A stretch of 64,000 nt of DNA from the human T2T-CHM13v2.0 reference genome, Homo sapiens (GCF_009914755.1 NC_060925.1); one strand, 5' to 3'; shown: positions 1 through 14,929, numbered from the stretch's first letter. The notes: a model not told the origin generated them from the letters alone. A program made the numbers and translations.

Positions 1-299
1 CATGGTTTGGGTCCCCCTCCAGGCTTTTCCAGTGGTTCCAATTCTTTCCTACTACAGGAAGAGATAAACACCCTTCATATATTTCCTCTCACCCCCAACT
101 GCAAGGAAAACAGTAACACTAATTAGTTGTAACAGGGTGTTCATTTCACACAGGTCTCAGCAGGTTGCCCTGCCGTTCTTTGAAATGGTTTGGAAACAGC
201 CTTTATTTTAAACATCTGAAGATAATTGAACCAAAGTTGCACCCAGAAACCCTGACTGACATGCCTTTTATTCTCTCCCTCACTAACAAGAAATGTTTG

Positions 300-1450
300 C
301 TGCCATTTCTTATTTACTCAACACCTTGAAAGCCTCCGGCACTGAAGACTTGCACCCCAGGATCCTAAAAGAATGAGTTAAAGTAATGATTGGTAATAAA
401 TGGAGGAACAGGGAAGCCTGAGATATCAAACAAAACCCTATGCCTGTTTAAAGAGAAGAAGGAATTACTCTACAAATCTATAAACTTAAGCTCTGTATCT
501 GGAAAAAATGGAGAAGTTGGAGGGAGAACAGAAGAGAATTTATGATGAAATCAATTTGCAAGCATTATACCCTTCAAATACAAGGGTATTAGGTAGCAAA
601 GACAAAAATATTTTCTAATATATTGTTGGCAAATGGATAGGAAAATGGGCTGTCATACACTGTGGGTGGAAGTGTAAATTGAACAACCTTTCGGGAGGGT
701 AATCTGGAATAACCATCAAAATTTTAAATGCCATGACTTCAACTGTACAACTCTACTCTACTTCTAGAATTTATTCTATAAGTGCTATCACAAGAATGCC
801 CAAAAATAATCATGGAGTCTTATTTAAAGAAGGAAATGACTGGAAACAACCTGAAGGCTCGTCAAAATAGGTTCAATAAACATTATGAAAGATCCACACG
901 ATGGAATTCTATGAGACTTTTAAAAGAGGGGGAAGTGGAGAACTTGCAAGAATGACTATTTGACAGTCTCCAACACAACAGCTCAAAACTAAAATTATAA
1001 AGTCTAAAGTACTATATATATTATGCCACAATCTCTCTTTTCATTTTAAAGGTTTGTATATATACATATGTGTGTATGTGTATATAAGGACTCATATAAT
1101 ATATCATACATGTATGTGGAATGATGCAAAAGGAAACTGGTAAGAGTGGTTATCCTGGGATAAGCTCGGAAACTAGGGATGGGAGATTGCTCTTTATGCT
1201 TCTCACTGTTCATTTTGGGCTGTTTGGATTTTTTAAAAGTATACAAATTATCTGAGTTTTTTAAAATTTATAAGTAAAAAAGAAGAATAAGTAAAAAATA
1301 TCACAGCCTATTAGAGAATAGAAACTGGGGCCAACACAATCTTCTCAGGCACAGAGGTGCACCTGGCACTTTAAGATGAAAAGAAGAATAGAACCAATCT
1401 TGTGACTTTGAGGTTTTGATTCAGTCTTTCAGGGAAAACTGGAGGCCCAT
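300..1450 (+). mobile_element. Ancient CR1/L3 LINE RT remnant (about 300-567 and 1300-1450) split by an L1M fragment
   Basis: Degenerate traces of CR1 RT motifs: HPRILKE (CACCCCAGGATCCTAAAAGAA), S..GK, and KSICKH (AAATCAATTTGCAAGCAT). After the L1 insert, sequence resembling CQTNL and DF..FDSV resumes. Confidence 0.45.
575..1290 (+). mobile_element. Old L1M (L1ME-like) 3' fragment
   Basis: TCATACACTGTGGGTGGAAGTGTAAATTG...GGAAACAACCTGAA...ATGGAATTCTATG resembles the mammalian L1 ORF2 end and 3'UTR, followed by an A-rich tail. Confidence 0.65.
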
Positions 1451-2179
1451 GAACAGAAGAAGATACCTAATGGGCTGTCACCCAGCAGCGATTTCACAAA
1501 TCGTGCAGAGCAGGTTCTCCTGGGCCTGCTGGGCAGCAGCTGAAGAAACACAAAAGTAGACATTCTGGGCTTAGAAACACTGGCTCCTCAAAAAAAAGTG
1601 AAGGAAACCCTCTATATCACTACTGTGTGCCTCTAGGCCTGGCCCTCAACCCAATTCCTAGGAGAACTAGAAGAAAACTCATTGCACATTCAGAGGCCCT
1701 TAGAATGTAAAATGGTATTCGGCCTGCCTCCAGCACATCCTCTAAACTTCCATCCACACTGCCCAGGGTAAGGAAATGAGGTACGGAAAGGAGGAGAGTA
1801 TACTGAGGAAAGGAAGGTATATTGAGGCTGGGCATTTTAGCAGGAAAGCAACAGGTCTATCCCAACAGCTCTGCTCATACCTGGCTGTGATCTTGCTTAA
1901 GCTGTCTTCATTTGCTTTCCTGCTTCTAAGATAAGACTAGTGGTTTCATCTTCTATGTTTTTGAGAGAATAAAATAAAATTGTCAACATGATTTTCTGTC
2001 CTGGGACAGACAGTACTTTGAGAAAATAAACTAATATACAAATATAAAATATTAGCAGTATTATGCAAGTGATCTTTTTGGAGAAAAGCCAGTGATTTGA
2101 CTAAATTTTCCAGCCAGCTGGTTCAGTCAAAACAGTTAATCTGATAGCTCAGCACAGACAAAAGCCAAAACTATGATTA

Positions 2180-2390
2180 TTCATTAATTGCCACACATGT
2201 TAATTAATAGGGCACTTATTGCAAGCCAGGGATGGTGTGAAAACTAGACATACAGAGATAAAGACAGACTCCTGACCTATAGGAAATACCAGATCTAGTG
2301 AAGAAGACAGACGTAAACAAATAATTGTACTCCAATACCATCACTGTGGTATTCTGTTAGAGGTATAAGCAAAGTACCACAAGAGAAAAA
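2180..2390 (-). mobile_element. L2 3' fragment
   Basis: GGCACTTATTGCAAGCCAGG...AAGACAGACTCCTGACCT...ATCTAGTG..GACAGACGTAAACAAATAAT is a typical antisense L2 tail. Confidence 0.55.
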
Positions 2391-3252
2391 GAAAAGGGTT
2401 GACCTCGAGACACCTACATTATTGACCTTCACGTGCAGATTCACCAAATCTTTATTTTTTATTTATTGCTTTGTATTGTTTTCACTTAGTCAAGCATCTA
2501 AGTGAATAATTTCAAAAATGAAGGACTAAAATTGTCAAGATTTCACAGTGGTAGAAATGCTATATAAAAATCATAAAAATGACCTATAAGTAGCAGCATA
2601 ATTAGGCAATATTTCAAACAAAATGATTTAAAATGATGTGTTTGCCACCACTGAGCTAAGATTTTATGTTCTCTGTATGCCTGACAAAGATAGCTATATT
2701 CCGTACAAACAGCACCTCATCTGCCAACTCAACAAATCAAATCCATCAGTTAAGTGAAGGAAAGGGACAAGTAGAAGATAAAATAGTCAAAGCAGTTATT
2801 TAAAGCCATGTAGACACAAGAAGAGGTTACCCAAATGTTTCACTTTTAAACTTGTGTTTTATTCGATTTGGTGTTTCATTCAGGTCTAAATATCATCCTA
2901 AGAGTTGCAAATGTTGAGCATAGCTCCCAGAGTTAACCTGCATAAAATTAAATTTAATTCTAATTTAATTCATTTCCAGAATGGTATTCTGTTGTCAGTG
3001 TTAAAACCCTGAAGGAGTTTCATTTTCCATGACCTCTATAAAATAACAAGCTGTATTTGCCACAGCCAGAAAAACATCCCAGGCCTCATTTGCTTAGGGA
3101 GCCTGTAATCAGACATTACTTACTCCTCTCACGTTATTTCAATAGCCATAGTCCCTCCTATTAAAACAAAAAGTAATTTTCTGACTTAGCTACAGTAATG
3201 AATATTCTCAGTTATGACATTTGTTTGTATACTGGTAGAACTATTACAATAG

Positions 3253-3703
<451 letters not shown>

Positions 3704-5057
3704 TGAGGAATTTTCTGAAAAACAAACTTAAATGCTTTCTCTCAATGGTGTGTATATATACACACATACACATATATATTGCGAATATATGCATATTGCA
3801 TTTGTGAGTAAACAGCCTGTTTTGCCAATGCTGTTGGGTGAAGAAGGAAAGACCCAGAAGTTCTCAGCATGGAAACTAGTTTGAGGGTTTGTTCTGATTT
3901 GGGCTTCCAAAAGAGGGTGTTGGTGCCCCACTTCCCATCTAAAGAGAACCATATGATGTGAAACTTGGATTACAGTCTACAGTGAGCCCCAGAGCCAGGC
4001 ACAGGGAGCTTCCCTGTTTACCTAGACCCTCTTTTTGAGGAGGGAGGAGGGAGATAAAGACACCAGGCCTCTATGTCCATCGTGAATACCAGGCACTTCA
4101 GCTTCTTTGAAAAGTATTAATATGGTTGGGATTAGAAAGTAGGTTTTGGGGTTTTCCTAAGATAGAACAGCCCAAATGGCATAATCAATACATCACCTAG
4201 CATGGATTGTTAACAAGATCTGGGTTAGAAAAACCTTCTTGCAAGTCATAAAAAGCAACTGGCACAGCAGTCAGATCTCTTGCCCCAGATTATCTGCACC
4301 ATGTTCCTTAGCATCGTGGACAAATGGACTCATTCCCTGTACCTACTGAGCTCAAAGGATAGACCTCTCCCAGTAGCCTATGGTTCAGGTTCATCCCATC
4401 TTCTCCATCACTGAATAGGACCCATTTCACTGTGAAACAGAAAATAGGAGAGCTCAAACTGTGTGATTATTATAGGGGTGTCAAGGCAGTGACCTTCTGG
4501 GGTTATTCTCTGGAGTTGTTGATTCTGGCCTCTGGACCATGAAAGACCTGAAGGGAAGCCTATAAGAGAATTCTGTAAGCCTTAAGGATCAGCATACAGA
4601 TGAATGAATAATGAACTTTCAAATCTTTATGGACAATATATATCCTCAGAAAGCAGTTCAGCATCTGAAGAGACTTCTTGTTCTTCAGAGGCATCAAATT
4701 GGGTCCTTCATGACCTATAATCAGATCTTGGTGAGTCATCTTGTACAACCCTTCCTGGGTTGAGTCCTGGGTCAGACTCCCTTTCTAAAGAGGATACAGA
4801 ATAAGAACCATGTTGGAGTGGCGTTCTCCCAGAAGACACTAGGTCATTCAACAATTCCTAGAGTCTGTTGGCTATTAACATTTAGAAACCCACAAATGTA
4901 TCTTGAAGAAGTATCCTCCAAGATTCAGGATCAGGGATTCTCAACTAGAGAAAGATAGACTAGGTTATTCTGATCATTTACATATTAAGTGCAGAGAAAC
5001 TCTCTTTTCCCATGCTTGGAGCTCAAGGCATCCATTCACCTCCAGTCTGTTGGCCTT

Positions 5058-5431
5058 TGATATACTTTGGCTCTATGTTCCCACCCAAATGTCATGTTGT
5101 TTTGTAATCCTCAGTGTTGGGAGAGGGACCTGATGGGAGGTGATTGGATCATGGGGTTTCCCCCTTGCTGTTCTTGTGATAGTGAGTTCTCACAATATCT
5201 TGTTGTTTAAAAGTGTGTAGCACTTCCCCCTGCGTGTTCTCTGTCTCCTGCTGCCATGTGAAGACATGCTGGCTTCCCCTTCACCTCTGCCATGATTGTA
5301 AGTTTCCTGAGGCTTCCCCAGCCATGCCTACTGTACAGCCTGTGGAACTGTGAGTCAATTAAACATCTTTTCTTCATAAATTACCCAGTCTCAGGTAGTT
5401 CTTTATAGCAGTGTGAGAATGGACTAGTACA
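5058..5431 (+). mobile_element. MaLR solo LTR (MSTA-like)
   Basis: TG...CA termini, CCCACCCAAAT..TTGTAATCC..GGAGGTGATTGGATCATGG, and ATTACCCAGTCTCAGGTAGTTCTTTATAGCAG. 5-bp TSD GCCTT/GCCTC. Confidence 0.9.
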
Positions 5432-7732
5432 GCCTCCTTGTGTAAGTTTGGCCCTCCACACCTGTCTCCACTTTGCGGGATTTAGAATATAACAATGGCT
5501 TGGAAACCACCACCCCTGCAGAACCCACAATGACACTGGGTCAGCCCTAGCAGTCCACTGCCACTGTGGGCATACTAGCTGAGAGTTCACACTGAATCAA
5601 GGAGACCTTTATCTTCTAAACCAATGGATTGTTAACAAGATCTGGGTTAAAGAGAAACCGTCTTGCAAGTCATGAAAAGCAACTGGCATAGTAGTCAGAA
5701 CATCTCTTTCCAAGCAGCAGCAGGAAGGCAGGTCATAAGGCATAAAAGAAGAAAGGAAATAGCAAAGTGAGGCTGTTTTTCTCCTTGACCATCTGTGTCA
5801 GAACCAAAACAGTACTGAGGATTTTACATGTAATTTGACAGGACCAAAAAGCACCTGGCACTCTGTGGATCTCTGCGGCTGACTCTTGACTGTGCAGTTT
5901 TTTAATGCATTCTCACAGAGCTGCCTCATATTTCTCACCCCTCCATTTGCTCAGTGATTACCCTGTGTTTGAGGGGTTTTTCTCCTTCCTTCTCCTGACA
6001 ATCTACCTTCCCTGGTACCATGTGGCTGAGCCCTAAGCTGGGATCTCCTGTCAGTTCATGCACATATTCCCCACTGCTCTTGGGAAGGAAAAGCCAGAAA
6101 AAATTTCTGTCATTCTGCTTCAAGTTAACCCAATTCTGCTCTCTCAGGAAAACACACACTATCTGTCTTTCACTTAGAAACTTTTTTGCACTTCTGTTTA
6201 AGAACACTAGATAGTTTCAGATTGCTTTTTATTCTATTTCTTTTTCTCCCTTGCTGGGCAGAAAACAGAGGCTGCCGTGGTCACAATCCTGAAACAAATA
6301 GGAAAAGAGGAGGCAGAGAGGTTCCCACAATCTAATTATGCTTCTAAATGCTAACACCTCATCAGGCAAAAGCTCCAAAAAAGACTCCATGAGCATTCAA
6401 CAATTTCTATCTACAAAAATGTTAAATGTCCTTTCTTTCTTTCTTCTCTAAGTCCAGAGGTCTTATTCCTATTATAGAGATTCCAGAATATAGAGAGATC
6501 AACAGACACATTCCAGGTCACACCTACAGGTGACTGGCAGGCACCTCATGCTGGGCTCCAGGATCATCTTGAAGCCAAGTCATCTGTAAAGTGGCTGTAG
6601 TGGTCACAAAACCCATCACTAAAGTTTGACAACCACCAATTCAGTTTTACAAATGTTAACTGAGTGCCAACAGGAATTCAAAGATGAGTAAGACACAGTG
6701 CTCTCCAGGGTTTTGCAGTCTAGTTGGGGCTTGTAAAATAAATATTTCTTCCAAAAAGTTATAATTCAAGGAAAAATATGTTGGATGTCATAAGAAAGGT
6801 ACAAAATATTAATTTTTAAAGGCTTCTAACTTATCCATTCATCTACGACCAATTCTAAAATGTAGAAAAGATCAACCAAAACAATTGTGTGAGTGTGCAT
6901 ATATGTTTACATGTGCACAAAGATGGCCACAGAATAAGAGGGACAGCCAAAGCCAACAACCCCTTGGGTATAGGCATCAATTGCCCAAAAGTCTAACAGT
7001 TAATGTCAATCTAATAGGGCAAAAGGAATAGAATAGGTGTGCATCCTGCCAAGAAAATAACAGGTTAAAACCAGATTACTGTCCTGTTGATAGTGTAAAG
7101 CCGGCAGTTATTCTATAAATGATAAAGGCAGGACAGGAGCCTTGATTAATGGTCAAGTCAGGTTACTTGGTGAAGACCTCCTTCCAAGAGGAGCTGATAA
7201 TGATGGCCAAAGGGGGACCCTTGTATTTGTACAATCTTGGCTACACCTTTGAGAGTTGCAGAATACTTAACTGGGGCTCTTTTGTGACCACAAAACCACA
7301 GAAACACCCTGGTGCCATTTTGAGAGGAAACCAAAAAGACATCCCTAAAAGAAGAGCTCCCTTTAGCCAACTCCAAGTTAAAGGTAAAATTGGTGCATCC
7401 AAGAATTTTCCTCCATTACAGTATACCCAAACATATGAGCTCTGCATGGACACATGTAATGTTCTGAAGCCATTATATGTTTGGATTTACACATCATGTC
7501 AATTAACATTTATATCAAATTGCCCTTTTCCTTCTTAAAATGATCCTGTCATATTTGGTGCTCAAGATAGATCTTGAAAGTAGAATAAACTTTCTTTAGA
7601 AAGAATTTTATGGGAAAAAGCAGGAGGAACGGTGCTCCAGACAGCAGCAATAATGGCATGGAAGAGGAGAAAAAGCCTGTGTGGAGAGGAGCTGTGAATA
7701 GGGCAGCAGTGAAAAGTAGGCGAGGAGGGTAG

Positions 7733-8099
<367 letters not shown>

Positions 8100-8239
8100 T
8101 AAAAACACTAAAGAGTGTCTGAGTGGTCTCAATGTATGAAAAGTATAATTATGAGCAAGGTAGACAGATGATAATATTGAGCACTCCCTAATTTTGCACC
8201 AAATATGACAGGAATATTCTAAGATGGAAAAGGGTAATT

Positions 8240-8445
8240 TGATATAAACGTTAATTGACATGATGTATGTACCAGGTACTATGCCAAGCACCTTAGATTT
8301 GTTATCTCACTTAATTCTCACAACAACTCTGCAGCAATATTATTGCCCTCATTTGACATGTACACAGCTGAGGTACAGTGTGCCCAGGTCATGTGTTCAA
8401 AGTCACAGCCAGAAGAGTTGCTCAAATCAGGTCTCCCTGACTCCT
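8240..8445 (-). mobile_element. MIR
   Basis: ATGTACCAGGTACTATGCCAAGCAC...ATCTCACTTAATTCTCACAACAACTCT matches the MIR core. Confidence 0.7.
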
Positions 8446-8952
8446 CCCTGCAGTTCAGTGCTACTTCTTTGGCCTCTATCTACTGTCTTAGTTTCCCATA
8501 CCAACCAGCTTTCTCTGCTTCTAGTATATGAAGGCTGTCTGCTTTCATGCTTTCATACTCACACTCATGCTCATCTCCCAACAGAGGCCATCCAATACAC
8601 TACAGGGTTAGTACTCAGCTGACAAGATTATGGGCAAAAAAAAAAAGCCCTCAGAATTCAGAAAAGGCGCTGAATAAAAACCTCTCAAAAGTCTAAACCT
8701 ATACACATGCCCAAAAACTGCCCTTATAATAAAGCAGATTTTTCATTCTCAGCACTGGCCAGCAATGAGCCACACAGCTGTGGAAGCCTAAGAATTTGGG
8801 CAGGAAAATAGACTGGCAAAGAAAAAGAAGAATGTAGTCAAGCCCCAAAGAAAAAAATGTTAACATCCGGAACCAATTCACCCACGCAGGCTAGGGAACT
8901 GTTACACCCAGTTCTCCATAACACCCCTCAGCACCGCCCCCAACACTCCCCT

Positions 8953-8983
8953 ACACACATACACACACACACACGCACACACA
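8953..8983. repeat. Imperfect (CA)n microsatellite
   Basis: Read directly from the sequence. Confidence 0.9.
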
Positions 8984-10688
8984 CTGGCTGAGGCTTGGTT
9001 TACTCTCTGCTCACCCCTAGAGCCATCAAATTGGCCTGTGTCTTCAGGAAGCACCTCCTACAGTACCTACCACCCAGTCAGAATATCACAGAGATGCCTT
9101 AAATCTCTGTGTTGTCACAGTCTAATCTGGGTAACGCACAGTTGTACCAGATGGGATCTAATGTTCCCAGGATTAATGTTGGTCATGCAACTAGTGCTCT
9201 GAACACTGCAGGGAAAATGAAATGACCAAGGCCTGGCTGGTTGCATACCTTGCAGAATCTACATTTCTAATGTGATAGATCTGATGGATGAGATCCAGTA
9301 AATCACCCAAGATTGCAGTGTTCATCTCATCCTCTGCCACATTCTATATTTCAAGAGTTTGGCTCTCTATGGGTTCCTTAGGAAAGGAAATGGACCCAGA
9401 GATTCATATGCTTCTATTGCTGCAAGAGCGTATCAAATCCCATCAATCAGTTGCCTGCATAGAGTGGTGCTGGCAACAGGAGAAAGCAAAGCTTTAAAAC
9501 AGAGATGGATTTTACATCTTTCTCTTTTTTGCTTCTGAAAGCCATTTTTTTAATCACTGGGCACAACAGACAGGAATATGACAGACTGTACAACTAAACA
9601 GCCAAGAAACACATTAATGCTAAAATCCACGCACCAAAACAGGGGCAGGGGGCTGGATTTTCTTAAAATCCCTGTTGGAGACATCAGACTTCCTAAGAGA
9701 GGAAGGTTACTTGGAGTGGAGAAAAAGTAATGGAAAGACAGTGAACAGGTGTGCCAGAAAAGCATGAAACCTGCTGTTAAGTTCTCTGAAACTCACTGCT
9801 GGCATCTCATCCACTTACAGCATTAGAAGAGTAATGGAGCACAGGGTGTAAGTGTTCATTGAGAAGAGAGACTTCTGCAAATAACTGCTACCATACCAAA
9901 CAAGGCTACTCTAAATAGAGTTGTTACAAAATAAATGAATCAGAGCAGTCACTCAGAGGTTAAAGTTAAAACCTCTACCCTAACAGCGGGTGTACTTGCC
10001 GTGGGTCCTCAAGGCAGTTTCCTAATCCTAGGGCATTAAAAAGAAGCCACTGTGGAAATCAGAATCTCTTCCTTTGTAAATTCAATCCATGGCAAAGGGA
10101 TTTCAGCTGTGATTACTGAGTTTGAAAAAAGTCAACAGTACTTAGAAATGCACGAATTGCCCGTCATTGCAACTGATATGTTTCTAAGCTGTTCCATTTT
10201 GAATCAATTACCAATGAGATTCCATCCATCCCATTGTGAATGGAGAAGGGAATGGGTAAAACAGAACAGTTAAAGTTTTCCCCCGAATTTCACTGCATGA
10301 GGAGATTTAGGATGCAGAGGTTTTAGATAAAATTCAATATGTAGTCACTACACTTCAGACACTGAGATTTTTGTGCATTAAAGTCAAAGAAACGCAGGTC
10401 ATGTCGGGAAGGCTGCACGTGTGCCATTCCAAAGACCATGGCTTAGAAAACAACCCTATATCACTGCCACAAAAAGACCTTTACTAGCAGGTATGGAAAA
10501 GTCACCTTAGGAGCAGAGGAACTAAGAATGACAAGCAAGGAAGGAAAAGACCTGGAAACTATAAATAACCTCTCTCTCATTCACAATTTAACAATTTCTG
10601 TTTTGGTGACAACGTGAGCAGCAAACATAAATTTCCACCTACAAAGGTTCAACATTCTCCCTAGAGCTCTTAAGCATCATCTACAGGG

Positions 10689-10958
10689 CAGGCAATATAA
10701 TCTAGTGGTTAAGGATATTATTCTGGTGCCACGCAGGGCTGAGTTTAAATTCTGGCTGGGTCACTTAAAGTATACTGGAACTGTGCAACTGTGGGTGAGC
10801 TATTTAATCTGTTAAGCCTCAATTTCCTCATTGGTAAAATGGGGAAAGAATTACCTTCCTCAAGGCCTATTGGGTAGATGCAATGAGAGAATGTGAATAA
10901 AACCATCCACACAGTACCTGGTACAGAGTGTGCTCTCAATCCATGAAAGCTACTGCTG
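10689..10958 (+). mobile_element. MIR (near full length)
   Basis: TAGTGGTTAAG...TTTAATCTGTTAAGCCTCAATTTCCTCATTGGTAAAATGGG...ACAGTACCTGGTACAGAG. Confidence 0.8.
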
Positions 10959-12149
10959 GTTAGAGTTGTGGACACTGAGCAAAGACAATGCTTGGAAAAT
11001 TGGAGAAGTATAGTAACATCTGTCTTGGAGATAAAACATAGGGCAGAGTCTAATTTGAACACTGAGACCTGGCTTCCAGAAGGAAAGTGCAGCTCCCTTT
11101 TCCTCTGGATGGTCAGGACCTCAGCACTTCTTCTTAAGGGCCCTGGGCTTCTTGAAGGAGGCTGAGGAAAGGATCTCTTCTCTGTTCCTCTTTCCTAGGG
11201 AAGCCACCTTCTCCCTCTGTTGCCAGGAAATAATATAAACAAAGTCTAGGGTGAAACAAAAATTTTAAAAAAGTAGTAAATGATCAAATCCAGGCTTCTG
11301 TTTTACAGAAGGAAGAAAACTGGGCAAACCAGGGCTGCCAAATGTGGGTTGTCCAGCCGTAAACATGGCAAAACAGAGCTGGGGTTTCTGTTGTTCCTCT
11401 AAAAAAAAACTTCCCAGATTCCTCCTCCCCGACATTCAGCTCAGTTATAGGTTTTCTTTTAATTTAGTCTCTTTCTTCTTTTATTCTTGTTGTTGTTGTT
11501 GTTTTAATTCAGCCATGCAACACCCACTAATCCTCTACTGCAGCTTCAACTAACTGGGGCAACTGGCTGATTTTTCCCAGAATCCTGGGGGTACATTGGA
11601 ATATGGCTTTACAGACAAAGAATGAATCCTTCTATTTCCTATCCGGTAAAGTCTGGTTTTTTGGGGATTTCTGAGCTCCGGGAAGAAATATCAAAAACTA
11701 ACCAAAGAGAAACATGCTTGCATTATTCCACTTCCCTGCATTCAGAAAGGCCCTCCTGTCTTCTCAGAGCTGAGCTCCTGGGGAAGTTGGTAAGGCTGAG
11801 TCTCCTCAGCCCGGCTTCTGCTCACCCCCTCTTCCTACTGTATGCCAGCCAGCTACTCCCCACCCCTTCCCCAGATGCTCACTCAGGTTGGCATTTTGCC
11901 TCAGTGGAACATTCAATAGCAAGAGCTGTCAAAATTCCTTTCGTCTTTATTAGCCACAGGTACTCAAATTCTGTACTGTTTCTAACTGCGGGCTATAAAC
12001 AAAGTGGGGATTCCACTTCAAGTCCCACACATTCCATTTAAAGCAAAAGAATGGGGGAGAGGGGCAATGGCTGCTATAGATTATAATTTGCAAACAATTT
12101 CTTATCCAAGCTGCTCACTAAGGTGAGTAATCGCTGTCAATTCAATTGA

Positions 12150-12384
12150 CAGGAATAATAGGCTTTGTGCTAAATCTTTTGTTCCTGTATGTGAACTATC
12201 TCATGTAATTCTCAAGTAATCCTTTAGTGAACACATTTATTATTCCAATTTCATAGATGCAGAAACTAGGGTTGAGGGTGATTAACTAACTTGCCCAAGG
12301 TCATACAACTAGCAAGTGTTAAAACCAGGGCTCAGACACATGAAGTCTGACCCCAAGAATCTGAGCTCTTAACCACTACACTGT
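12150..12384 (-). mobile_element. MIR
   Basis: ATTTCATAGATGCAGAAACT...AACTTGCCCAAGGTCATACAACTAG...GCTCTTAACCACTACAC. Confidence 0.8.
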
Positions 12385-14929
12385 ATAATTCATTCATTCA
12401 TTGCACCAAATAGAAATGATAATAAGATAGAGTATTTTGTGAGTGTTTTGATATACATATAATTGTTATATACACATATATATGCACATATATATATATA
12501 GCACAGGGGCTGGCACAGAGTGCCTATTTAATAAATGTTGCTGTTTCTTATCGTTGTTCTTATCGTGTTATCATTATTATAGTTTTGTTATTTATTAAGT
12601 GCTTCCTATGTAACAGCCACTTGTCCTAGGTTCTGGAGATACAAAAACAATGAGGACAAGGTCATTGGCCTACAGTAGTTTATAGGGTAGTAGCGACAGA
12701 GGACAACTAGTAAATCCACAGGTTCCATGATTGCAGAAGTCTGCACAGGGGCTGTGCAGAATGTGGACATCAGATGACGGTGGGGAGCCATCACTGGAGT
12801 TTGAACCCACCTGCAGAACTCTGTAAGGAAATAAAGTCCTACAGATAGAAACACTAGAAACCCTCCTAGGTGTATGCTGGGCACAGTTTTGCATCTGACC
12901 CTGCCCTCAAGTTCAGCAGCTATGAATAGAGGCCTTGAATGCTAAGCTGTCTTCTGATCTATCTTGTTGACAAGCGTTTTGCCTGTTACTAAGTCATCCT
13001 TTTAGCATTCTCACATCTCTGCCAGATCAAGATCTCGGCTTAAGCAGACTAGACATGGAAAATAGTTACTAGTGCTTTCCATCAGACTCAAATAGTAATG
13101 AGGGGGCAACTGATTTTTATTAGCCCACCAATTCAACTCACCAGTGATGAAGTTGCTTTTTTCAACCCTCATTTTTCAAATCCAGAGTTTTTCCAGTTAT
13201 TTCTGGGAATGGCACAGAAAATGTTCAAAGCATAAATAACTTACATTTCCTTTAAATTCGCTAATGCCGTAGAACCCTTTCAACAGCGTTCACGCAAGCA
13301 ACAATAGGTTACATCATACACAAGGACTGGAAATCACTGATCCAGGACTGTTGAACATGTGATATTAATATAAAAACTTTTTCAAGAACTTTACCAAAGC
13401 TTTTAATTCTAGCTCTAAAAATCTCTCTCTTTTATTTTTGTTTTTTGGTCTTGTGTTGCTATTGCTGTTAATTTCTACAACTGCAGTAAAATTCCTTCGT
13501 TCCAACAAAGTAAGGATGGGTCAAGTGATGACCAAAGTACTTTAGGAGAAAATGTTAATATTTCAAAAAGCAAAACCAAAGTTAGGATCACAGAATCTCG
13601 TAGCTAAAGGGGCCTCAGAAGTCATTTGAGCCTTGTCTCCCTCACTTCACAAATGAGGCACTGAGGCCTCATCAGTGGCTATAAAACAATTTTGAAACTT
13701 TTTTTCAACATTAATATGTCTGGTTTTAAAACAAATATCCCTGGTTCCAACATCAATTTCAAAGCTAGCACTAGAATCTAGGACTCCTAACTTAAGCTCC
13801 TTCAGCCCTCTTTCTACCATAAAAATATGGATATAATACAGAACATGAAGGTCTGTGTTGAAAGCTTTGCAGGAGAGTGAAGACATATATATCCACATAA
13901 GTAAGTAAAGTTTCTGATATATTTTACAATTCAGTATTCCTTTGCAAGTTTGTTTATACCTTTAATTTTTTAACTAAATCCTTCTTTCTAAATAGTACGT
14001 ATAGCCCCTCCCACCCTTTGATGCCAAAAAATATCAAATTATTAATTAACCTTCTAAATTGAGAAAACATTTCTGAACCCAGGGAAGGCACTGCTGTGTT
14101 CACAATCTCTTGTTGGCTCAAATGTTTGCCCCTCCCCACTGTGAAAATCAGTTATTTATTTTTCAGGAGCAAGAGTGGAAGAACTAAACCACCCGAGGCA
14201 CCTAGCCCCTAGGTTTACAATTCGGAGCCCTGTATCCTGGAGAGATTAAAGCTTTGGAGCAAGGATGCATCGGGACAGGACTTCCCTCCAAAGGGAAGCC
14301 ATTCCCGCCGGGTTCTTAAAAGAACGCAGTTATTTCAGCTACTAGTAGTCACTTCTCACTCTGCTTTTACACTTGGTTGGTTTCTTTTTCTTTCTTTTTT
14401 TTTAATAAAAGAATTCGTTCATTGTTTTTTAATCCCCAAGAGCAGCGGGAAGGACAATCATTTGCTTTTCTTTGTCTCGGTGGGCAATGCCCGCTTTCTG
14501 GGCGTCAGCGTCCCTGCCTCTTAGGCACCCAGGGATCCTCCACGTCACGATCCCACAGGATGACTTTCCTTTTTAACAGACTAGCTACGATATATACTGA
14601 CCCTAGATTTACCCATTTGGAAATGGTTAGGGATTAAAAGTTCTTCAAGCCAGCGGATTCTTGGTTTCTAATTGCTAATGTTTGAAGTCAGTTTGATTCC
14701 TCGGAAATTTGTTCTGCCTGATGAAAGCAAAAGCTCGAACTCCCCTCAGGGCGCGAGGTGTGAGACCCTTGGGTTCCATTTGCATTTCTGGTTTGTCGTT
14801 GGCGGGTTCCTGATTTGTTTTTGTTTTGTTTTGGTCTGTTCTGTTTTTTGGGGGGTGTCTTTCACCAGGGCCTTCCCGGTTAGCCCAGGGTCCCCACATT
14901 TCTCCAGGATGTAATTAGAGCTAAGAACA

